A stretch of DNA of 64,000 nt from Pyrinomonadaceae bacterium (GTDB taxonomy: Bacteria > Acidobacteriota > Blastocatellia > Pyrinomonadales > Pyrinomonadaceae): contig DASSCX010000255.1 of assembly GCA_035697425.1 (NCBI GenBank), positions 1,183 through 65,182 of the forward strand. Direction: 5' to 3'. The position numbers and the translations under genes are program-made. Below the pieces are notes generated by a model that saw only the letters and a program-made list of their open reading frames with translations, searched no databases and was not told the origin of the DNA. Below are positions 20,341-28,061 of the stretch, piece by piece; positions within the stretch are counted from its first letter, which is position 1; every line of letters starts with the position of its first letter.

Positions 20341-21228
20341 CTATTTGGGGGACGACAGGGTTCTTGCGGCCAGATTAAGAATCGCCTGGATCTGCTGATC
20401 CCAGTATTCCCAATTATGGCTCCCCGGGAGTTGGCGGAATTCATGAGGAATCTTTCGCGCCAATAGCAAGTCAGCGTAACTGCGATTGACGGTGAAGAGG
20501 CGGTCCTCTGTGCCACAGTCAAAGTAAATAACAGGAAGCGACTTGATGCCGGCAGCTGATACCTCCCGTGTCAGCTTGAGCAGATCATTTTCCGCGCGTG
20601 CGGTTGAACCGGCGGGACCGAAAGTTTTGAGCAGCGATTGACGAATGAATTCGCGACCCTCGAGTTCACTATCAGTCCAGGAAGCCGCACCGAGTGCCCC
20701 ACTCATTGACGCAGCGAGAGCAAAGTGACTGGGAAACTTAAAAGCGAACTTCAGCGCACCGTAACCACCCATCGAGAGGCCGGCGATCGCTCGACCGTCA
20801 CGCTCGGTACTGACGCGAAAACGTTTCTCAACGTCCGGCATCAGTTCCTGCAAAATGTAAGACTCAAACTTGTCAGTGGGAACTGTGGCGCTGTCCGTGT
20901 ACCAACCATTCTCGCCTTCGACCATGACAATGAACAAATCATAATGCGTCGCGTAAAGTGCTAGTCGAGTCCGCTCAATCCAGTTGGTATGATGTCCGGT
21001 CAGGCCATGAAGGAAATACACAACCGGGAATTTCTTCTCCTGGTTACCAGCGCGCTGATAATTGACCGGGTAAAGAATGCTGTAATCGATCGCTTTGCCC
21101 AGCAGCCTGCTCTCGAGACTGATCCTGGAAATAGGAGGATCGCGCTGCGCATAAGCCGAGAGCGGTGCCAGCACCAGCAGCAGCACCAGCAAGGCGAAGC
21201 GAAACTTCTTCAAGAGCGTCGTCTGCAT
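20341..21228 (-). CDS. Secreted esterase (esterase D / putative esterase family)
   Basis: It has a signal peptide, the nucleophile elbow GLSMGGYGA and the LHGLTG motif. Confidence 0.7.
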   Translation of the reverse strand: MQTTLLKKFRFALLVLLLVLAPLSAYAQRDPPISRISLESRLLGKAIDYSILYPVNYQRAGNQEKKFPVVYFLHGLTGHHTNWIERTRLALYATHYDLFIVMVEGENGWYTDSATVPTDKFESYILQELMPDVEKRFRVSTERDGRAIAGLSMGGYGALKFAFKFPSHFALAASMSGALGAASWTDSELEGREFIRQSLLKTFGPAGSTARAENDLLKLTREVSAAGIKSLPVIYFDCGTEDRLFTVNRSYADLLLARKIPHEFRQLPGSHNWEYWDQQIQAILNLAARTLSSPK

Positions 21229-21231
21229 CCT

Positions 21232-22893
21232 TTAGACCTCCTGTGACAGCATGGGTATGTTTATTCCCTTTTCGCGCGCTGTGCTCGCCGCCTCTTCATA
21301 ACCGGCATCGACGTGTCGAGCGACACCGATGCCGGGATCATTCGTTAGCACGCGGTTTAGTCTTTTTGCAGCCTCAGCCGACCCATCCGCGACCGATACT
21401 TGGCCGGCATGCAGCGAATAGCCGATGCCAACACCTCCACCGTGATGAAACGAAACCCAACTGGCGCCACTCGCGGTGTTTAGTAAGGCGTTCAAGATCG
21501 GCCAATCAGCCACTGCGTCTGATCCATCTTTCATGGCTTCGGTCTCGCGAAAAGGCGACGCTACCGAGCCGGTATCGAGATGGTCTCGGCCGATGGCCAC
21601 CGGAGCCTCGAGGTCGCCCCGCCGTACCATTTCATTTATCGCGTCGCCCATTTCGGCGCGCTCGCCATAGCCCAGCCAACAGATACGCGCAGGCAAACCC
21701 TGAAACTGGATTCGATCGCGAGCCAGTCGTAACCAACGATTAAGAGTCTGATCATTAGGAAACAACTCCAGGGCGAGGTCGTCGGTCTTTCTAATATCGT
21801 CTGGATTTCCCGAGAGTGCTACCCAGCGGAACGGTCCTTTGCCTTCGCAGAAAAGCGGGCGGATGTACTCGGGAACAAAACCGGGTATTTCAAAAGCATC
21901 CTTACACCCGGCGTCGAACGCCTGCTTGCGTATGTTGTTCCCGTAATCGAAAGCTACCGCGCCCGCCCGCTTTAGATCCAGCATCGCCTGAACGTGCACG
22001 GCCATCGAATGAGTTGAGCGGTCGACGTAGCTACGGGGATCAGTGCGGCGAAGTTCGGCTGCCGCTTCCAGGGTCAGCCCCGCCGGAACGTAACCATTCA
22101 AGGGATCGTGAGCGCTGGTCTGATCAGTGATTGCATCGACCTTGAGACCACGGCGCACAAGCTCTGGAAGCACTTCGGCGCAATTGCCCACCAGACCAAC
22201 TGAGACGCTGCGACCGTGTTCGCGTGCTTCCTCACAAATTTCCAGAGCCTCGTCCAGGTTCAAAGCCAGGCGATCGCAGTAGCCAGTGCGAACGCGCCGC
22301 TCAATTCGCGACGGATCAACATCGATGCCGAGAAACACCGCGCCATTAAGTGTGGCTGCCAGGGGCTGCGCGCCACCCATGCCGCCCATTCCGCCGGACA
22401 CTACCAGTTTGCCGCTCAAGTCCCCGCCGAACTGCCGATCCGCCATCGCCGCGAAGGTTTCAAACGTGCCTTGCACGATGCCCTGTGTCCCGATGTAGAT
22501 CCAACTACCAGCTGTCATCTGGCCGTACATCATCAGGCCTTTACGCTCGAGCTCATTGAAGTGGTCCCAATTTGCCCACGCGCCTACCAGATTCGAATTC
22601 GCGATGAGAACTCGCGGTGCGTATTCGTGCGTGCGAAACACGGCGACAGGTTTGCCGGACTGCACCAGCAAGGTCTCATCGTTTTCCAGATCACGTAGTT
22701 GCCTGACGATCGCTGCAAAGGCGTCCCAGTTGCGCGCCGCCTTTCCGGCCCCGCCGTAAACAATCAGGTCCTCGGGTCGTTCGGCGACATCCGGATCGAG
22801 ATTGTTCATCAGGCAGCGCAATGCAGCTTCCTGGTGCCATCCCTTACAACTTAACTGGGCGCCGGTGGGCGCTCTCACAACCTTTGCTGACAT
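21232..22893 (-). CDS. hutU: Urocanate hydratase
   Basis: It is 553 aa, with strong family resemblance throughout ([24 protein letters not shown]). Confidence 0.95.
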   Translation of the reverse strand: MSAKVVRAPTGAQLSCKGWHQEAALRCLMNNLDPDVAERPEDLIVYGGAGKAARNWDAFAAIVRQLRDLENDETLLVQSGKPVAVFRTHEYAPRVLIANSNLVGAWANWDHFNELERKGLMMYGQMTAGSWIYIGTQGIVQGTFETFAAMADRQFGGDLSGKLVVSGGMGGMGGAQPLAATLNGAVFLGIDVDPSRIERRVRTGYCDRLALNLDEALEICEEAREHGRSVSVGLVGNCAEVLPELVRRGLKVDAITDQTSAHDPLNGYVPAGLTLEAAAELRRTDPRSYVDRSTHSMAVHVQAMLDLKRAGAVAFDYGNNIRKQAFDAGCKDAFEIPGFVPEYIRPLFCEGKGPFRWVALSGNPDDIRKTDDLALELFPNDQTLNRWLRLARDRIQFQGLPARICWLGYGERAEMGDAINEMVRRGDLEAPVAIGRDHLDTGSVASPFRETEAMKDGSDAVADWPILNALLNTASGASWVSFHHGGGVGIGYSLHAGQVSVADGSAEAAKRLNRVLTNDPGIGVARHVDAGYEEAASTAREKGINIPMLSQEV

Positions 22894-22904
22894 GGTTGGT
22901 AGCT

Positions 22905-23216
22905 TTACTCGGGGTTTCCACGATGCAGCAGTCGCGCTAACCAGCCGGACTCGCGTTTGGTGAGTCGTTCGAGTTCACCAGAGTCGAGCCACACGCCCCC
23001 GCATTTGTCGCAGGTGTCAATTTCGACCTCTTCGAATTTGCTTACCTCTAATTTGCCGTCGCATCGGGGACAACTCATTGACGAAGTCCCAGCGGCTTTG
23101 GCCTTTTCGGCAACCGCGATCTTATCGCGCATTTTCTCCAGCGCTTCCTGGTTTTTTCTGTGAAAATACTCTTCTTCCAACCCACGCCGTCGTTCATCAA
23201 ATATGTCTGTCATCAA
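22905..23216 (-). CDS. zf-TFIIB-type zinc-ribbon protein
   Basis: CPRCDGKL...[10 protein letters not shown], with an N-terminal coiled-coil-like part. It is embedded between hutU and hutH. Confidence 0.6.
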   Translation of the reverse strand: MMTDIFDERRRGLEEEYFHRKNQEALEKMRDKIAVAEKAKAAGTSSMSCPRCDGKLEVSKFEEVEIDTCDKCGGVWLDSGELERLTKRESGWLARLLHRGNPE

Positions 23217-23239
23217 AACACTCCTCTCAAGACGTACCC

Positions 23240-24745
23240 TTACTGGATTGCATCAAACTCTCCAGCGCGAATGGCGCCAGCAATTGTTTGAATGTCATTA
23301 GCCATCGAGCGGTCGGTTTCCAACCGCGACACATGTGCCCGCACAATCTCGTATGCCCGGTGCGCGCCACGACCCGCTTTGAGCGGTGCTCGATATTCAA
23401 GACCCTCGGCTGCCGTAATCAACTCGATCGCGCTGATAAGTTCGGCATTCTCCACGAGCGATCGTAGTTTGGTTGCTGCCGTCATACCCATCGAAACATG
23501 ATCTTCTTTGCCACCATCGGTTGGAACATTGTCCACGCTGGCCGGATGTGCCAACACCCTTGACTCGGCCAGCAGCGCGGCAGCGGAAACTTGCAGCATC
23601 ATGAACCCGGACGAGGTGCCGGCAGTCGTAGTTAAGAATGGCGGTAAGTCTTCATTCAGATCCGGATTAACTAAACGATCGATGCGTCGTTCACTAATGC
23701 TCATCAAATCAGTGAGTGCTATGGCTGCGTAATCGAAAGCCATCGCGAGCGGCGCACCGTGAAAGTTTCCGCCCGACAACACTTCACCGGTATCTGCAAA
23801 GACAAGTGGATTGTCCGTCGCACTCCCGGTTTCAATTTCAACAACCTCGCGCACGTGCTCCAGCACCCCACGCACCGCCCCGTGAACCTGCGGCATGCAG
23901 CGTAAACTGTAAGCGTCTTGCACGCGCGGGTCGTTTTCTAGATGAGAAGTGCGGATCTCGCTGTCGCTCATTAATTCGCGCAAGTGGGTTGCGACGGCAA
24001 TTTGCCCAGGATGAGGTCGCGCCTGCTGGATCCGTTGGTCGAACGCCACCGGAGTGCCGCGCAATGCTTCCAGGCTCATCGCGCCCGCGATATCTGCAAC
24101 TAAATTCAAACGTGTGGCCCGCTGCAAAGCGAGGGCACCCACTGCCGCCATTGCCTGCGTACCGTTGAGCAGCGCCAGACCTTCCTTCACTTCCAGGTTC
24201 ACTGGAGTGAGTTGCGCTGCGTGCAAAGCTTGGGCTCCCGACATGCGCGCGCCCTGGTAGAAAGCTTCACCCTCGCCGATTACCACAAGCGCGAGATGCG
24301 CGAGCGGAGCTAAGTCGCCGCTGGCGCCGACCGATCCCTTTTCCGGAATCACAGGCGTCACACCATGTTCGAGCATGGCAAGAAGGGCATCGATTAAGAG
24401 GGCGCGGCCGCCGCTGTAGCCACACGCTAGTACGTTCGCTCGCAACAACAACATCGCGCGTGCTTCAGTCTCAGAAAGCGGTGAGCCCAGCCCGCACGCA
24501 TGACTGCGCACCAGATTGACTTGCAACTCGCGGAGTTGATGCTGTTCGATGCGAACATCGGAGAGCCGCCCGAAGCCGGTGTTGACTCCGTAAACCGTGC
24601 GACCTTCTGCGACTATTTGTTCCACGACCGCCCGCGAGGCGTCACAACGCGCCCGGGCCGCGCTCGAGAGTCTTACGTGCTCCCGACCTTCAGCGACGTC
24701 GACAATTTGTTGAAGGGAAAGTCTCTGACCGCTTAACTCGAACAT
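23240..24745 (-). CDS. hutH: Histidine ammonia-lyase
   Basis: It has the MIO-forming motif GSVGASGDLAPLAHL and is 501 aa. Confidence 0.95.
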   Translation of the reverse strand: MFELSGQRLSLQQIVDVAEGREHVRLSSAARARCDASRAVVEQIVAEGRTVYGVNTGFGRLSDVRIEQHQLRELQVNLVRSHACGLGSPLSETEARAMLLLRANVLACGYSGGRALLIDALLAMLEHGVTPVIPEKGSVGASGDLAPLAHLALVVIGEGEAFYQGARMSGAQALHAAQLTPVNLEVKEGLALLNGTQAMAAVGALALQRATRLNLVADIAGAMSLEALRGTPVAFDQRIQQARPHPGQIAVATHLRELMSDSEIRTSHLENDPRVQDAYSLRCMPQVHGAVRGVLEHVREVVEIETGSATDNPLVFADTGEVLSGGNFHGAPLAMAFDYAAIALTDLMSISERRIDRLVNPDLNEDLPPFLTTTAGTSSGFMMLQVSAAALLAESRVLAHPASVDNVPTDGGKEDHVSMGMTAATKLRSLVENAELISAIELITAAEGLEYRAPLKAGRGAHRAYEIVRAHVSRLETDRSMANDIQTIAGAIRAGEFDAIQ

Positions 24746-24852
24746 AAGATCGTACGAAGCATGACCCAGGAAGGGACTTACAAGTAAGCTTCAGCCACGA
24801 ATAGCGGAAGCCTCTCCTGAAAGTCAGTCTCCCGGAATTCGGGACTAGCTAG

Positions 24853-25860
24853 CTAGCTTCTGGTTAATGACTCTGCGGGCACTTCTCGCTCAGGCGATTC
24901 ACTGCGGTCGATCATTCGCGACTCGCGATCCGGAGTCTCCGAGATATCGATCTTCTTGAACTCGCCCGTCAAGGTGCCACTGCGAACCCGTTGCCGTGCG
25001 CGACGCGCGCGCATCGTTGTCCGACCCGTGCCGGTTGCCACTCGTGTCCATTTCTTCATGGTACGCAGCGGCCTTAGGGAAAACTCGTGTTGCGGCAAGA
25101 CTTCACCAGTCGCTTCGCGTAAGCGCACCGTGCCGATTGCGAAGATCGCAATCGCGGCGTTAAAGATTACGCCCACTACAAACACGATCCACCCGGGAAC
25201 AATTCCCACATCGGCACGATCCAGGAAAGCGTGGAAGTCGCGCGCCGGCAAGGGATGAATATAGACCTTGAGGTTCCAACTCAGGGCGAGCAGCGCAAAA
25301 ATCCAAAGATAATTCCGCCGCAGTCTTCTGCCGACGGCTTCCCATTCACTAATAGTAAAGTGCGGCGTTATCAAGTCCGACGCAAGATGCTGCGCCCACG
25401 CTTCATCCGCCACCGCATTTTCAGGCGCCAACAGTTGCGCAAAGTATCCCGTCTCCAGCACGCGCACACGACTCGACCAAATTTCGTAATAGCGATAACG
25501 ACGCGCTTCCATCAACAAAAAAATCGCCACCAAGATAGAGTTGATGGGAATTACGAAATGGGCGTTGCTGGGGGAGCTGAAAACAAATGACAAGGTAGCG
25601 CCGGCGGTGAGTACCGCCCAGTTAGTGGTGGTATCGAGTCGATTGCGCCAGGTGTTTGAGCGCTGCACTTCGCCGCGATAGAAGTGAATCATCGCCGTGT
25701 TAAATTCACTTGGAGACATGCGCCGCATCTGTGCTGCCGGCGTTTGGTAGGTCTTGTCGCCGCCGGATAATTCCGATGGCGCAGGCGCGCTACGCATGCG
25801 ACTCTGTACCCGATCTGTCGCTAATGGGCCACTTCCTCTCTGATTTGCTTCACTGGTCAT
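24853..25860 (-). CDS. DUF2270-like membrane protein with C-terminal basic extension
   Basis: MIHFYRGEVQRSNTWRNRLDTTTNWAVLT, followed by TM helices. Confidence 0.55.
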   Translation of the reverse strand: MTSEANQRGSGPLATDRVQSRMRSAPAPSELSGGDKTYQTPAAQMRRMSPSEFNTAMIHFYRGEVQRSNTWRNRLDTTTNWAVLTAGATLSFVFSSPSNAHFVIPINSILVAIFLLMEARRYRYYEIWSSRVRVLETGYFAQLLAPENAVADEAWAQHLASDLITPHFTISEWEAVGRRLRRNYLWIFALLALSWNLKVYIHPLPARDFHAFLDRADVGIVPGWIVFVVGVIFNAAIAIFAIGTVRLREATGEVLPQHEFSLRPLRTMKKWTRVATGTGRTTMRARRARQRVRSGTLTGEFKKIDISETPDRESRMIDRSESPEREVPAESLTRS

Positions 25861-26001
25861 CGAATGGAACGAATCTGATCCGGTAGGGTGTTAGGTCATC
25901 CACTCCGCACGTCGATAATAGCACGCGCGTAAGACTCGATTGTAGTAAGTTCGCGTGCTTCCAGTGAGTTTAAGCGTTGAAATTCTTGAATTTTGGCCTG
26001 C

Positions 26002-26031
26002 TTGACAGTGTTCGAGCGAGACACCTATAGT
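26002..26031 (+). promoter_or_regulatory. Candidate sigma-70-type promoter upstream of tadA
   Basis: TTGACA (26002-26007), an 18-nt spacer, then TATAGT (26026-26031). Confidence 0.35.
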
Positions 26032-26086
26032 TTGATTTTTCGTTGTTTGACTAATTTTTTTTCGATTGTTGGCTGCTGCTACGAAA

Positions 26087-26572
26087 ATGGATCTGGATGA
26101 GCAGTGGATGTCGCGAGCAATCGCTGCGGCGCGTGAGGCGGAAGCACTCGGCGAGATTCCAGTCGGCGCTTGCATTGTCAGCGAAAACCAGTTGCTGGCG
26201 GTTTCCGGAAACAGAACGCGCACCGATGGTGATCCGACGGCGCACGCCGAGATTGTTGCTTTGCGAACCGCCGCAAAGGTGCTCGGCAACTACCGGCTCA
26301 CCGATGCAGTTGTTTACTCCACGATTGAGCCCTGTGCTATGTGTGCGGGCGCGCTGATTCAGGCGCGTGTAAATCGGCTGGTTTATGGTGCGCGCGATGA
26401 ACGAGCAGGAGCAGTTGAATCGCGATTTCGCATCTGCGATTCTGAATTTCTGAATCATCGCCTGGAACTTACCACCGGCGTGCTTGAGGCCGAGTGCCGC
26501 GCACTGATGCAGGACTTTTTTCGCAGCCGGCGATCTGAGAGTGGGAGGCGTGGGGACGCGGAGACGCTGTGA
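26087..26572 (+). CDS. tadA: tRNA adenosine(34) deaminase
   Basis: CDA zinc motifs HAEIVALR and PCAMCAGAL. The ORF opens at 26066 (TTG); the ATG at 26087 is more likely. The last roughly 12 codons read into a repeat array. Confidence 0.85.
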   Translation: MDLDEQWMSRAIAAAREAEALGEIPVGACIVSENQLLAVSGNRTRTDGDPTAHAEIVALRTAAKVLGNYRLTDAVVYSTIEPCAMCAGALIQARVNRLVYGARDERAGAVESRFRICDSEFLNHRLELTTGVLEAECRALMQDFFRSRRSESGRRGDAETL

Positions 26573-26695
26573 TGGACGCGGGGACACGTAGACGGGGAGA
26601 CGCGGGGAAGCGGGATACGGAGAAACTAGAATTTACCTTTCTTCCATCTCGCCTTCTTTCCATCCCCGCATCACCCCATCCCAGGACCCGTCTCG
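26541..26695. repeat. Purine-word / pyrimidine-word imperfect hairpin
   Basis: The left arm has GGGGACGCGG/GGAGACGC-type words of about 8 nt. The right arm is a pyrimidine mirror (CTTCCATCTCGCC...CCATCCCCGCATCACCCCATCCC). It overlaps the tadA 3' end and stops 8 nt before the tRNA. Confidence 0.55.
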
Positions 26696-26702
26696 TAGCT
26701 TT

Positions 26703-26792
26703 GGAGAGGTCGCATAGTGGCTTAGTGCACCGGTCTCGAAAACCGGAGTGGGTTAACGCCCACCGTGGGTTCAAATCCCACCCTCTCCGCCA
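26703..26792 (+). tRNA. tRNA-Ser (anticodon CGA), CCA encoded
   Basis: The acceptor stem is GGAGAGG/CCTCTCC. The anticodon stem-loop is CCGGT-CTCGAAA-ACCGG. It has a long variable arm, the T-arm GGGTTCAAATCCC and the 3' end GCCA. Confidence 0.9.
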
Positions 26793-26794
26793 TA

Positions 26795-26912
26795 CAATTG
26801 GCGATTGCTGATTGGTATCGGTTTTATTCAGAGCCTGAAAAATTGATGTCAGACATTAGTTGCCGATCAGCACTCGTCAATCGGAACTAGCCAATTGGCA
26901 ATTTGCAATTCC
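26795..26912. repeat. ATTGCCGATTG/CAATTGGCGATTG word cluster in the inter-tRNA spacer
   Basis: CAATTGGCGATTGCTGATTGG begins 3 nt after the tRNA. GTTGCCGATCAG...CAATCGGAACTAGCCAATTGGCAATTTGCAATT precedes the next tRNA. Confidence 0.6.
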
Positions 26913-26914
26913 CC

Positions 26915-27004
26915 GGAGAGGTGCAAGAGTGGTTGAATTGGCAGCACTGGAAATGCTGTGAACGGGAAACCGTTCCGTGGGTTCGAATCCCACCCTCTCC
27001 GCCA
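26915..27004 (+). tRNA. tRNA-Ser (anticodon GGA), CCA encoded
   Basis: It has the same acceptor and T arms as the first tRNA. The anticodon stem-loop is CAGCA-CTGGAAA-TGCTG, and it has a long variable arm. Confidence 0.9.
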
Positions 27005-27008
27005 TTTC

Positions 27009-27043
27009 AATTGGCGATTGGCGAGTGCCGATTGACAATTGGT
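27009..27043. repeat. CAATTGGCGATTG word cluster after the second tRNA-Ser
   Basis: CAATTGGCGATTGGCGAGTGCCGATTGACAATTGG. Its first 13 nt are identical to the flank of the first tRNA. Confidence 0.6.
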
Positions 27044-27194
27044 TTGGTCACAAAACGACTTCGAACCAGTTACATGTTCATATCCTTGATCTATCAACTG
27101 TTCCTTTAGACTAGGATATCAATAAGGAAGCCGACTTCGATGGAGCCTTTGCCCAGAGGAAGTTCAGTCTGATAGGCAATCGGAAATTAAAATC

Positions 27195-27716
27195 ATGGAT
27201 GACAACAAACTTGCAGCCGAAGAAGCGCGACGTTCGCTACAGCACGAGAGCGTCAAATCGCAGGTGGAAGGCGAAGTTAACGCTGAAATAGCCGATCGAG
27301 CCGGCCAAGGTCCACCCGCTTCTGAGTCTCGAAGGATTGAGGAGATTGCCGGAGACTTTCGCGCCAAAGCCGTCGACGAAGTAGTCGATACCGAGCACGA
27401 AGTAGAACGCTCACGCGGACTGGCTCGCGTGTCGCAGATAATCGACTACATCTTCTTTGTGCTTTACGCGCTGCTGGGCTTGCGCTTTCTTCTCGCGTTG
27501 CTGGCCGCGCGCAGTTCCGCCGGCTTCGTTCAGTTCATCGTGTCAGTTACCAATCCTTTTTACGAGCCCTTTAGAGGTATTGTCGCCAGTCCGCAAACGC
27601 AGGAAGGCCATACGCTCTTACTGCCGATGGTAATCGCGATCATCGTTTATATTTTGTTGCACCTGGCGATCAACGGTCTGCTGCGACTCCTGGCGCATCG
27701 CAAAACGCACATCTGA
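27195..27716 (+). CDS. YggT-like membrane protein with acidic N-terminal region
   Basis: The C-terminal half has two TM helices and a YggT-like pattern (IIDYIFFVLYALLGLRFLL...NPFYEPFRGI). Confidence 0.45.
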   Translation: MDDNKLAAEEARRSLQHESVKSQVEGEVNAEIADRAGQGPPASESRRIEEIAGDFRAKAVDEVVDTEHEVERSRGLARVSQIIDYIFFVLYALLGLRFLLALLAARSSAGFVQFIVSVTNPFYEPFRGIVASPQTQEGHTLLLPMVIAIIVYILLHLAINGLLRLLAHRKTHI

Positions 27717-27717
27717 C

Positions 27718-27853
27718 ATCGCCAATTGCCAATCGCCGATTGGAATATTGGCGCACACCATAAACTCACCGCTGCTTTCTAATGGTTTGCATCCTGGTTG
27801 ACGCGCGCGCGGCTCAATCGAATTGACAATCGGCAATCGGCATTCGACAATTA
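27718..27853. repeat. Heptad-word imperfect hairpin, ATTGCCGATTG/CAATCGGCAAT family
   Basis: The left arm is ATCGCCAATTGCCAATCGCCGATTGG. The right arm is TCAATCGAATTGACAATCGGCAATCGGCATTCGACAATTAC. Confidence 0.65.
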
Positions 27854-27870
27854 CAAAACGATCTTTTTAT

Positions 27871-27974
27871 CAGACTTCGGGCTCCGCACAACGCTCGCCT
27901 TGTGAACCCCGCCAGGCCGGGAACGGAGCAACGGTAGCAACGGCAACGTGTGTTGCGGGTAAGTCCGGAGTCTG
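27871..27974 (+). ncRNA. ffs: Signal recognition particle RNA (small bacterial 4.5S type)
   Basis: CAGGCCGGGAACGGAGCAACGG matches the conserved domain IV (the E. coli equivalent is CAGGUCCGGAAGGAAGCAGCC). The 5' CAGACTTCGGGCTCCGCACAAC pairs with the 3' GTGTTGCGGGTAAGTCCGGAGTCTG. It sits in the classic position just upstream of dnaX. Confidence 0.8.
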
Positions 27975-27981
27975 GCCAATT

Positions 27982-28053
27982 CAAGTAAATCGTAAATCGT
28001 CAATCGTGAATAAGAAGATCTTTTTCATTTACGATTTGACGTTACGATTCACG
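27982..28053. repeat. AAATCGT heptad hairpin between ffs and dnaX
   Basis: TAAATCG-TAAATCG-TCAATCG-TGAATAAG, a loop, then CATTTACGATTTGACGTTACGATTCACG. It ends 8 nt before the dnaX ATG. Confidence 0.6.
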
Positions 28054-28061
28054 CTCCTCCT

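Noticed and set aside
21165-22759. Plus-strand ORFs overlapping hutU (for example the 192-aa ORF at 21165..21743).
   Set aside because: They are antisense to a full-length urocanate hydratase and have Arg/Pro-rich spurious composition.
25891-26774. Minus-strand ORFs 25891..26289, 26051..26587 and 26469..26774.
   Set aside because: They are antisense to tadA, which has clear deaminase zinc motifs, or they read through the repeat array and the tRNA gene.
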